In this document: piece after piece, positions 30,441 to 39,265 of the stretch | Layout: each line of letters starts with the position of its first letter | How positions within the stretch are numbered: position 1 is the first letter of the stretch | Assembly (NCBI GenBank): GCA_965203465.1 | Contig: CBDBCR010000001.1 | Span: 704,001-768,000, forward strand | Source: Nitrosopumilaceae archaeon | GTDB lineage: Archaea; Thermoproteota; Nitrososphaeria; Nitrososphaerales; Nitrosopumilaceae | DNA length: 64,000 bases | Direction of reading: 5' to 3' | Program-made: the position numbers and the translations under genes | The notes under the pieces: generated by a model | The model's database searches: none | Told to the model about the DNA's origin: nothing | What the model saw: the letters and a program-made list of their open reading frames with translations, nothing else

Positions 30441-30498
30441 CTGGAGCTACTGCGCGCTCGCCTATTTTAGGCATGGCGGACAGATCCCGGCCGGTCGC
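28701..30498. repeat. 1.8-kb direct repeat, copy 2
   Basis: Near-identical to 5280-7077. Confidence 0.95.
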
Positions 30499-30590
30499 GC
30501 GGCGCCCGAACCCGTGCAAGAGATCGAAGTCAAGACACAAACTCCGACGTGCCGTGCAGAACCTCGATTGGCGCACTTTACGCACGACTT

Positions 30591-31058
30591 CTAAAACCCT
30601 CTTCGGCGCCTTTCGTGTTCTCGGTGCATTTCATTCACTTTTTCTTCTAGCCTGCCGATTTTTTGTTTTAGTTCGTCAACGTCACCCTCTAAAGGCCGTG
30701 CCCAATTACTCTTCGCAAAAGTGCTCCCTCCTACCCCGAACAACCTTTCTTCGGTCTGTTTTAATTTTGCAAGCGTCTCTTGCACCTCGCGTCTAGTCCG
30801 CTCCACTTTTCGCTTAGTCCGCTCCAAATTATTCCTGTCTCTGCCGATCTGCACTTTCAGATCTTTCAAGTCGGAAGAAAACGTCCACAATAATCTAAGA
30901 CCCAAAAACAGGCCTAAGACCACCAACGGCGCACCTAGAATACTGCCATACAGGTCTAGCAGATCAGAACCAAGCAAAAACCCACCGCCTGCCAAAAAAA
31001 CATCCGCGGCCACAAATTCAGCAGTTTCGTGTTTTGTCTTGAGTATTCTTGCCTTCAA
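30591..31058 (-). CDS. two-TM plus coiled-coil hypothetical protein
   Basis: Two hydrophobic segments followed by a charged heptad-rich tail; low GC; TTTTAAAC box upstream. Confidence 0.7.
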   Translation of the reverse strand: MKARILKTKHETAEFVAADVFLAGGGFLLGSDLLDLYGSILGAPLVVLGLFLGLRLLWTFSSDLKDLKVQIGRDRNNLERTKRKVERTRREVQETLAKLKQTEERLFGVGGSTFAKSNWARPLEGDVDELKQKIGRLEEKVNEMHREHERRRRGF

Positions 31059-31559
31059 CTATTCAGAAAATAACGCCTTTGTTTAAAAAGCTTGTTTTTG
31101 AGTGGCTTTGACAATTCGTATTTTCGTGCATGCGCAGTTGGATCGGCCAAAAAACGGCTCTACCCAAGCACGGAGTGTAGAATTGACTAACAACGCCCCT
31201 TTGATCGGCTCTCCTACAACCCTTCCGCTCTAGGCCGACCTCCAGATCCGGTCTTTTTTTGAGCCCCGTGCAATGCGCCTTTCGCAGCAGCTACGGCGTG
31301 TGTAATATGGGATGCCTAGCGGAGCGGCGCCAAACTATATTGGGATGCGCGCAGTTTGTGGACCGGGAGGATTCTATGACGGGCAGATGCGGATTGCCAA
31401 ACTCTGCTTGCGCCGCAGCATGCACTAGCAAGACTCGGGGCATCGAACGGCGCCAGTCTTCTATAACACCACGCCAAAGCAATTTCCCTCTCGTACTTCG
31501 GGCGTAGGCTAGGGTGGAGGGAAATACATCTGAGTGGTGTTATAGATCTGCCCCACACA

Positions 31560-31958
31560 TCACCAAAGTACCACGCTTGTCGCTTTTGCTAAAGATTCCA
31601 ACGTGGCTGAACTGTGGATAATTTTTCTCCCAACTTGTCCAGTATTTTTAGGATGCTGTCGTCTTCAATCCCGGCTTTGACGTCCGGTTTCAGATCGTCC
31701 AGCAAACCTCTGACTGTCTCTTCGACTTGGTCCATGCCATCAGCAGTAATGTCGGCAGGAAAAACATTGACGGATCCGTCGCCCACGTACTGCTTAGTTC
31801 CATTGATTAGGCCCTTGTCAACCAAATACTCTATATTCACATTCCTGTTTATCTCGTCCACACCGTCAAGTTTCTAGATTGTATGGTGGGTGTTTTCCGC
31901 TGAATTTGGCCCTGTAATATTGACACAAGATAGAAAACCGGATCCTGTCGTTGTTCAC
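31560..31958 (-). pseudogene. frameshifted winged-helix-like protein
   Basis: GTG 31958 gives MNNDRIRFSILCQYY...NLET*. A shifted frame continues KLDGVDEINRNVNIEYLVDKGLING...ITADGMDQVE (wHTH wing). Possible second shift near the 3' end. Confidence 0.55.
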
Positions 31959-32417
31959 GCCGTTTCTCCGCTACATGATGTTATATGCGTTACTGTAGGT
32001 CCTAAGTGTGGACTCAGGTCGATTTGACTGGCGTGCCTAGGCTGCTCCGGTTTGGCATGCACGGTGCCGTTGCGCGCGGGCTCTGGCTCCGCTGCGCGGC
32101 GAAACGGGATTCCGAGCCGCCGCCCGGCGGCGAAACGGCCCAACTGCGGCCGGGGCCGGAGAACGGCCTCTGTTTGCGGCGCGCGTTTGCGCCGTGGACG
32201 GATGCGCGTCAGGCGGCGGCGCCCGAAAAGGCCACCGGGCCTGCATCTGCCCGCCCGTGCCGGGCGGATCGCCGGCTCGGGCCGCGGATGTATGTGACAA
32301 GTGGATGCGAATCCTAGGCACGGATCGATACGCTATTGGGCAAGCCGCCCCCGGGTTTTACACGAATGGCGTACATGATCAAACACGCCAACTATAAATA
32401 CGGGGTTCACGCCACCT

Positions 32418-32930
32418 GTGTTTAGTTTGGAAGGAGATTGGTACGATGTTGCACAGATCTGCATGAACGGGCACGTTATAAACGATCGTGTAAAGTCAGA
32501 CCCAGAATCCAACCACAAGTTTTGCCGAACGTGTGGAGAAAAAACGATAACTAATTGCACAGACTGCGACAAAGAGATCCAAGGGCGCCATCACATAAAA
32601 AATGCATTCATAAATGTTGTCGGTCTTTTGCCCACAGCTCCGCCATATTGTGAAGGCTGCGGATTCCCGTATCCTTGGACAAAATCGCGAATGGCGGCGT
32701 TGAAGAAATTGCTGGGCGAGTTGGAGATGGAAAAGGCAGAAAAGGCCAAACTGCGCGGGACTGTTAAAGATCTAGTGCGCGAAACGACTAGAACCGAACT
32801 CGCGGCAAACCGCTTTAGGGTGATTTTCAACAAAATAAAACCCGAGCACAAGAAGATGGTTGAGAATATGGCAGTCAATGTAATCTGCGAACCAGCCAAG
32901 AGGCTGATATTCGGAGAACTGGGCGCATAG
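32418..32930 (+). CDS. DUF2321 family Zn-ribbon protein
   Basis: YDVAQICMNGH...KFCRTCGEKTITNCTDC...PPYCEGCGFPYPWT; TATAAATA box at 32393-32400. Confidence 0.8.
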   Translation: MFSLEGDWYDVAQICMNGHVINDRVKSDPESNHKFCRTCGEKTITNCTDCDKEIQGRHHIKNAFINVVGLLPTAPPYCEGCGFPYPWTKSRMAALKKLLGELEMEKAEKAKLRGTVKDLVRETTRTELAANRFRVIFNKIKPEHKKMVENMAVNVICEPAKRLIFGELGA

Positions 32931-33094
32931 TCCCGTGCGCGCTATCGGGACAACGGGCGCATGGCCACATAACCGCCGAAATAGGCCACAAGATCATGCA
33001 CGCAGACGCACGCTGGCCGTGGCGGGGGGAGCGAATGCGCGGCTAACCTGCCTAGGAAGACGGGCGCGGGGCCGCCGCCGGCGCGGGAGCGCGC

Positions 33095-34912
33095 TCACGG
33101 CAGGTTGTCTAGCAGAACGTGGCGGTCCAGCCACATGTTCCGGTGCTCGCACGAGGTCTCCGACGTCATTAGGCACGCGTAGCACGAGGCCCCGCTGTAG
33201 CCGCCGCTGCGGAATTCGGCGTCCCCGCAGAGCGGGTCCCCCGAGCACGAAGAGGCCTTTTCGAGCGCCGCGCGCAGTATCTTTTCCATGTGCGGTGCAA
33301 GGCCGATCAGCCCGCCCAGCGTGCCCTCGTTCCCCGGCTGGGTCGCGTACAGGAGCACGCCGCCCCTGCACCTGCCCCCGTCTCGCTCGAAATACACGCG
33401 CTCCCTTATGGAAGCGGGCGAATACCCCGCCTCCTCGCCTATGGCCCTTATCAGCAGGTGGGAAACGGTGTGCCACCACACGAACCCCGGATCCAGCTCG
33501 TCCCTAGAGCTGTCCGCGTCGCGGAACACGAACCCCGAATACTGCCCGGCGCCGGCCGCGCCGCCCGTCCACGCCCCGGCATGCGCGCCTTTTGCGCAAC
33601 CCGACCACCCGCAGTCCTTGTCCAGGCGCACGAATACGCCCTCCCCGAAAAATTCCACGCCCGGAAACCAGAGGCCGGATCCTTGTCGGCTGTGGCCTAT
33701 CCGGACCAGCTTGGGGGGCGCCGACCCGACGCTTTCCGGCATGTCCCTGCGGAACCCCGTCTGGACGGTGACCGTCCTGAGCGTCTGGACGGGGGTGATC
33801 CTGAACGCCGTGCCTTTTTTGGTGCGCACGATTCCGATCTCGCGCGGCTCGATCTCGAAAATGATCTTGGCCTTGGGCCTTTCGGCCTCCTGGGGAGGGG
33901 CACCGTGCACGGACGCCTTTACGAGCTCGTGGAATTCGTCCATTATGAGGTCGTGGTACGGGCGGGGCCGGATTTTCCCGTGCTCTTCGACGGCCTGGCG
34001 TATCTCGCTCCAGTCCGACTCCCGGAACTCGTCGAGCACGTCCTTGCGTATTTTTCCGGCGGAGTGGAGTTTTTCCAGCACTTTCATCATTTTCCCCTTG
34101 GATCTGGCCGGCTGGAACATCAGGGCCGTCTGAATGTCGCTGTTTTGCAGGTGCAGGTTCAGGCTGGTGTTGGTAGATCGTATGGACAGCAGGGTCCGGG
34201 TCTCGGGCAGCCTGAGGTTGGAGGCGCGCCTGGTGATCACCTTTGCCTTTCTTTTACACGCCTCGCTGGAGCGCTCGGATCCCCCGTATTCCCTCTGCGG
34301 ATGCCTTCCGCGGCAGGGCCATTCGGAATAGTATATCCTGCCGAACTGCTGGGTCGTGCCGCACCGCGGGCATTCGAGCACCACGTCGCTCATGGTGCTC
34401 CCGCGCCGGTGCCATCTGACCGCGTCCCCCGAAAGCCCCGGGTGGAGCGATCCGGTCTTGCCCGCGCAGGCTGCCCCGCGGTGGACCATCCCGAACCAGT
34501 TGATCTCGTCCAAATGGCCGTCCCCGCACGCCATCACGAACCCGACTGCCGCCCTGCCGCCTCCGGTCTCCGCGTCCTTGCACACGGGGCACAGATCTTC
34601 CCTGTAGATCAGCGATCCTCCGCCGTGGTTCTGGTTGGGGCAGATCTTCCAGACTGGAAACGGCGCGGTGCGGTATACGTCCCCCTCGTGCCCGAGCTCG
34701 GGATTGGTCGGGAGCCTGTATATCTTGGCGCCGTCTAGCAGGCCCTCGGACATCCTCTTGTCGTCTATGCGGTAGTCCTCCGGCCGGAAGCCGGACGGAT
34801 GAAAGAGCCCGATCCCCGCGTCCGGTATAAGCCGGGGGCCGTCCCTGCCCTCCAGAATCGCGCCCGGGCCGTACACGAGTATGAACTGCGAGGGCCTGAT
34901 CTTCTGGGTCAT
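33095..34912 (-). CDS. drmB: DrmB-like DUF1998 protein
   Basis: IRPSQFILVYGPGA, MACGDGHL, GEGVF, HTVSHLLI, SIRERVY, GTLGGL, CSGDPLC...CYACL..SETSCE.RN..LDR; ATGA overlap with the helicase stop. Confidence 0.85.
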   Translation of the reverse strand: MTQKIRPSQFILVYGPGAILEGRDGPRLIPDAGIGLFHPSGFRPEDYRIDDKRMSEGLLDGAKIYRLPTNPELGHEGDVYRTAPFPVWKICPNQNHGGGSLIYREDLCPVCKDAETGGGRAAVGFVMACGDGHLDEINWFGMVHRGAACAGKTGSLHPGLSGDAVRWHRRGSTMSDVVLECPRCGTTQQFGRIYYSEWPCRGRHPQREYGGSERSSEACKRKAKVITRRASNLRLPETRTLLSIRSTNTSLNLHLQNSDIQTALMFQPARSKGKMMKVLEKLHSAGKIRKDVLDEFRESDWSEIRQAVEEHGKIRPRPYHDLIMDEFHELVKASVHGAPPQEAERPKAKIIFEIEPREIGIVRTKKGTAFRITPVQTLRTVTVQTGFRRDMPESVGSAPPKLVRIGHSRQGSGLWFPGVEFFGEGVFVRLDKDCGWSGCAKGAHAGAWTGGAAGAGQYSGFVFRDADSSRDELDPGFVWWHTVSHLLIRAIGEEAGYSPASIRERVYFERDGGRCRGGVLLYATQPGNEGTLGGLIGLAPHMEKILRAALEKASSCSGDPLCGDAEFRSGGYSGASCYACLMTSETSCEHRNMWLDRHVLLDNLP

Positions 34913-37900
34913 GTCTGGAAGCCGGTCTCCTCTTCTATGTTCCTGAGGGACTGCGGGGCGTTGCGGTACACGACTGCGGCGTTCGAATGCTCGTGCCTCG
35001 GATCCCCCAGCACCACCGCCTTTTTCGGGGCGCCGTATTCGACGTACGCCAGGTCCGGATCCCGCTCTGCGCTGCTCCTCCACCGCTCTATCGCCCTCCG
35101 CGCGCCCTTTTCCGTCTCGCCCTCCGCGGGCCTTCTGGAGCCGGGCTGCTTTTGCGATCTGGCCTCCAGAATGCGCGGAACCGCGCCGACTTCCGGGGCG
35201 CCGAAGTCCCGGCCCATTTTGGAGGCGTTTTTGCCCGCCCATTCCTGGGATGCCTCGCGGGCGTTCCTCAGTATGCCGACCATGACCGGCCCCTCCGCCC
35301 GCTCCCTGACCCGCTTGGCGAACGGGAACACGGTGGGCGGCTCGACGAACCTGTGGAGCTGGCGGTGGTGCCTGACGAAAAACTCGTAATGGTTCAGATC
35401 GCGCGGCTTTGAGGCCTGGTGCAGCGTGACCACTATCGCGCCGCTTTTCCTGCCCACCCTGCCGGTGGCCTGTATGTAGGCAGACGAGGTCTTGGGCTGG
35501 CCGTTGACTATCATGGCCCCGAGCCTCTGCACGTCCACGCCGGTGCCGAACATGGAGGTGGTGAACAGCGCGTCCAGTGCGTCTTCGGATCCGGGGTGTT
35601 GCTTGCCCAGCAGATCCAGTATCGACGGCAGGTTGGTAGAAGGCGTCCTTCCGGACAGCTCTTGGCACCTCTCTTCCCTGACGACCCGGGCCTCCGATCC
35701 GGAACGCTCTGCCAAGTGGCGCATCCACTCGGGGATCTCTTGCCTGTACAGCGCCCGCGCGCCCGCCAGCTCCCTTACCGTGTTAAAGTACCCTATCACG
35801 GTCCAGAACCGGTCCGCGCCCAGTTCGCCGGCGCTCTGGGTCAGCCTGGACCATATCCTGACGACCGGCGTGAGCGCGCCGCGGCCCGGGGCGCAGATTC
35901 CGACGTGCAGACGCCCGGCTTCCGCGTCTTGGAGCGGGTGGGCCGGCGTTTCCCGGACGAAGAACCTGTCGTCGGCGTCCAGCCCCTTGGGCGGGAACAC
36001 CGCGATGCCCCTGGCGAACAGGGCCTTTACGTGGTCGCCCGAGCGCTTGGCGGTGGCCGTCGACGCGACGTACTTTACCCGGCCGTCGGCGGAGCACAGG
36101 TGATCCACGGCAGACTCGTATATGCCCACCATGCTGCCCAGCGGGCCGTCGAGCAGGTGGAGTTCGTCCTGGATCATGAGATCGGGCGGCCGTATCCTCC
36201 GCGCCAGCTTTGCGTGGTTCTTTTCCCTGCCGCCCGCCGGGCTCGGATGCGCGACCGACCTCCTGTGGTAGCCCTTGACGTTGTGGTGGTAGTCGACGTT
36301 GCCGAACAGCGAGCCGCTCTGGGGCTCGAATGGGATCCGGGCCAGTTTGTCCACGGTCGAGACGATCATGGTGGGCAGGATCCTGTACAGCTGCTCGTCT
36401 ACGGTGAACGCCGGGATGGGTATGCGGTCCGAAAGGCTGCGCTCTATGGCGAACGCTCCGTTGACGTCCATCATGCAGTTGCCGTCCATGCTCCGGACGC
36501 CGCGCACGGCCTCTTCGGTGTCTGCGCAGTCGGGCACCCTGCCGTGGACCCTGCCCAGGGGCGCCCCTCCGGCCCATTTCGCGACCAGCCGGCAGCCGGG
36601 GTTCGGGCAGAATATCTCAAAGTCGTATTCCCTTCTCTTCCCGTCCTTGGCATAGTCCCGTATAAAGTACCCCGGCCGAGACGCGCTGGCCGGCGCGAGC
36701 CTTGCGGGGGTGCCGTTTTCCCCCAGGCGCTTCCGTATCCTGGACCAGAGCCCGTCCAGATCGCTGCCCCGGATCCTCGAATCGGAGTGGAGCCCGACGG
36801 ACAGGGTGAACACGCCTTCGACCGCGTTCTTGGTGACGCGGGACTTTGTGATTTTCACGTATGGCGCCTCGATCCCGGACAGGCCCGCCGCGTTCAGTCC
36901 CCGGGCCGCGGTGCGCACCACGTAGTGTATCTCGGCGTCTTCGAGCCCCATCTTGGGCGTGGCCAGCACGGATCCGCACGCGGGGCATTCGAGTATCTGG
37001 GCCGGCTCGCCGTCGTTTTCGTGCTCGCCGGCGTGCTTGAGGATCTCCAGGGCTCCGGGCACCGTGCTCCCCCCGAACCACGTGTCGTCCAGCTTGTTGG
37101 GCGTCACGGTGCTGCCCACCCAGAGCCCCACCGAAAAGGGCGCGGTGCCCCACAAAAACCCCTCGTCGCCCCGCCGGCCCCGGGGCCTCCAGCCGACGCG
37201 GCCCCCGCTCAGCCCGTCCACCCTGAGGCGCTCCATGGCCGTAAACAGCGCCGCGGTCCTCCTGAACTGCTGTATGGTCAACAGCCGCAGGGTGTACCTG
37301 CTTATCACCGAGACGCCCTCCCCCGAGCGCGCCCACGTGTGGCTTTTTGCCGCCCGGAGCCGCCTGTATGCAGAGACCATGGCCACCAGGAACAGGTAAG
37401 CCTCGGTCTTGCCTCCCCCGGTGGGAACCCAGAGCAGATCGCACGTGCCCCTGTCTTCGGACTTGCGGTTCAGGATGGATTCGGCGCTCATCAGTATGAA
37501 GCCTAGCTGGAACGGCCTGAATTCCATGCCCTTCCGCCCGGCCCATTCGGCCTGCTCGTCGATGGCGCGGCTTGCAAAACAGAACGCCAGCCTGGCGTCG
37601 TCGTCCTCGCACACCGTCTCTATCCCGAGCTTTATGCGCCTGTGAGCTTCTTGCGCCGCGCGTATGATCTCCGACTTTACGTCGCGCCGGACTCGGCAGC
37701 CGCGCAGCTCGTCTATCCACCGCCCGTACTCGGAGTCGAACGGCTCCAGGTGGCGCCTGAGGGCGGCCTTGTCGTACTCTTGCGCGTATTCGCCCGGTTT
37801 CAGCAGGGGCCGGTTTTTCCCGCGCCATTCAAAGTCCGGCGACATGACGTTGTGCATGGGCACGAATTCTGTCCTCGCGTCGCAGGCGGCAAACTTGGCG

Positions 37901-38742
37901 CGCTGTTTTGCGGGCAGGATCTCGCGGTCGGCCCACGCGAATCCTGGCTGCGATGCGCATTCGGGGGAGCCCGGATGGTCCGTCTCGGGGTCGACGCCCT
38001 TCCAAACGGCGGACGTCATGTGGCCCCTGGCCAGGGATTCCCTGTTTCTGTACAGCACCTCGTCCTCGCTTTCGTCCTTTGAAGCCGCTTCGGCGCCCCG
38101 GCCCGGGACGATCTTCGTGCCCGCGCCGCACACGATCCTGATCTGGGGCTGGAACACGTGGTGGTCGGATCCCGCCTTTTTCCCGGGGGGGACTTTGATC
38201 CTGTTGACCACGTGCATGCTCACGGAGCGCGCCCCGGGGCCCCGGCCCACGCGCACGTGCACCGAAATCTCGCCGTCCCCGCCCGCCGCGTTTCCGTCAG
38301 AATCAAACCACCTCGTCTCTTTGCCCTTTCCGCCCACGCGGAAAATGGCGCACTTTGGAGACCTCGTCCATTGCCCGGCGTCCGGATCCTGCCTGTACCT
38401 GGCCCAAGTAACGCACGCGTCGATCTTGGGGACCCCCGACGACGAGATGGAGAACGTAATGCCCATCGTAGACGGGATCTTTTTTGGATCGAGGGCCGGC
38501 GACAGCATGGAAGACGGCGAGATCCCGGGTTCGGCGTCCTCGTCCCCCTCCCTCTTTTCCGCGGTGCCGGCGAGATCCGAGTCTGATCCGGGCTCTTCGT
38601 CGCGGCGCTCCGCCTCGGCGCCTACGGGCGCCAGTATGCCCGTGATGTATTCGACTATGGGCTTGTCTGCCAGGGTTTCCCGCGGCCCGCCGCGCGGGCC
38701 CAGGAGGTTCTTGACCAGATCGCAGACCAAAACTTCCCTCAA
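34909..38742 (-). CDS. drmA: DrmA-like SF2 helicase, copy 1
   Basis: FRPFQ, PTGGGKTEAY, RYTLRLLT.QQF, TVDK, IQDELH, STAT, TSMFGTGVD, QPK, YIQATGRVGR, RDLNHYE, QSLRNIE. Confidence 0.88.
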   Translation of the reverse strand: MREVLVCDLVKNLLGPRGGPRETLADKPIVEYITGILAPVGAEAERRDEEPGSDSDLAGTAEKREGDEDAEPGISPSSMLSPALDPKKIPSTMGITFSISSSGVPKIDACVTWARYRQDPDAGQWTRSPKCAIFRVGGKGKETRWFDSDGNAAGGDGEISVHVRVGRGPGARSVSMHVVNRIKVPPGKKAGSDHHVFQPQIRIVCGAGTKIVPGRGAEAASKDESEDEVLYRNRESLARGHMTSAVWKGVDPETDHPGSPECASQPGFAWADREILPAKQRAKFAACDARTEFVPMHNVMSPDFEWRGKNRPLLKPGEYAQEYDKAALRRHLEPFDSEYGRWIDELRGCRVRRDVKSEIIRAAQEAHRRIKLGIETVCEDDDARLAFCFASRAIDEQAEWAGRKGMEFRPFQLGFILMSAESILNRKSEDRGTCDLLWVPTGGGKTEAYLFLVAMVSAYRRLRAAKSHTWARSGEGVSVISRYTLRLLTIQQFRRTAALFTAMERLRVDGLSGGRVGWRPRGRRGDEGFLWGTAPFSVGLWVGSTVTPNKLDDTWFGGSTVPGALEILKHAGEHENDGEPAQILECPACGSVLATPKMGLEDAEIHYVVRTAARGLNAAGLSGIEAPYVKITKSRVTKNAVEGVFTLSVGLHSDSRIRGSDLDGLWSRIRKRLGENGTPARLAPASASRPGYFIRDYAKDGKRREYDFEIFCPNPGCRLVAKWAGGAPLGRVHGRVPDCADTEEAVRGVRSMDGNCMMDVNGAFAIERSLSDRIPIPAFTVDEQLYRILPTMIVSTVDKLARIPFEPQSGSLFGNVDYHHNVKGYHRRSVAHPSPAGGREKNHAKLARRIRPPDLMIQDELHLLDGPLGSMVGIYESAVDHLCSADGRVKYVASTATAKRSGDHVKALFARGIAVFPPKGLDADDRFFVRETPAHPLQDAEAGRLHVGICAPGRGALTPVVRIWSRLTQSAGELGADRFWTVIGYFNTVRELAGARALYRQEIPEWMRHLAERSGSEARVVREERCQELSGRTPSTNLPSILDLLGKQHPGSEDALDALFTTSMFGTGVDVQRLGAMIVNGQPKTSSAYIQATGRVGRKSGAIVVTLHQASKPRDLNHYEFFVRHHRQLHRFVEPPTVFPFAKRVRERAEGPVMVGILRNAREASQEWAGKNASKMGRDFGAPEVGAVPRILEARSQKQPGSRRPAEGETEKGARRAIERWRSSAERDPDLAYVEYGAPKKAVVLGDPRHEHSNAAVVYRNAPQSLRNIEEETGFQT

Positions 38743-39265
38743 GGCGTGCGCCTTGGAGCGGGCCGACTTTATAATGTTGCATCCGGGGCCCGGTAAGCGG
38801 TCAGGTCAGTGGATAGCCTAGTCACGAAAAAGCGCCGCGTGTAGATCGGGCCGTGCCTAAACGCAAGCCCGGCCTGGCCGGTTACGGGGCCCGAGAGTTG
38901 CCCAACCCCCGTGGCCGGGGTCGCCTCGCGCCACCCTACGTCATCCGTACCTAATTTCCGGGCGTCAAGCGCGCCACGGCGTCGGCGACGGCCCCGCATC
39001 CAAGGTTAGGCGGCAGACTGCTTGGTGTGCGCGTGAGTCACGTCTGCCGACAAGTTCCAAGAGCGGAATGGCGCTTTATGGCCGCCTGCAAAAGCCGCCC
39101 GCGTCGGGCGGCGCCGCATCGAGTGTTCTTTGGCCCCTGCGGGCGGCTCCGCCTGCCGCCGAGCCCCCAAAACGACGGAATCCGCCGCTTTGGGAGATTT
39201 ACGGGGGAATTATGCGGCGACCCCCTACGGTTATCTCTTTATTTGCGTGCCGGGGGCCCCCGAGT

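Noticed and set aside
33095-35728. 877-aa version of drmB, and extended N-termini of the 39068, 40912, 43772, 7052 and 18823 ORFs
   Set aside because: The extensions overlap upstream genes or are low-complexity. Stop/start overlaps and TATA positions indicate the shorter starts.
35419-37506. 695-aa plus-strand ORF and similar antisense ORFs (8101-9546, 33290-34738, 50623-52221)
   Set aside because: Shadow frames opposite well-supported genes.
33095-38742. Calling a complete DISARM system
   Set aside because: No drmC, drmD/drmE or cognate methyltransferase is visible in the window.
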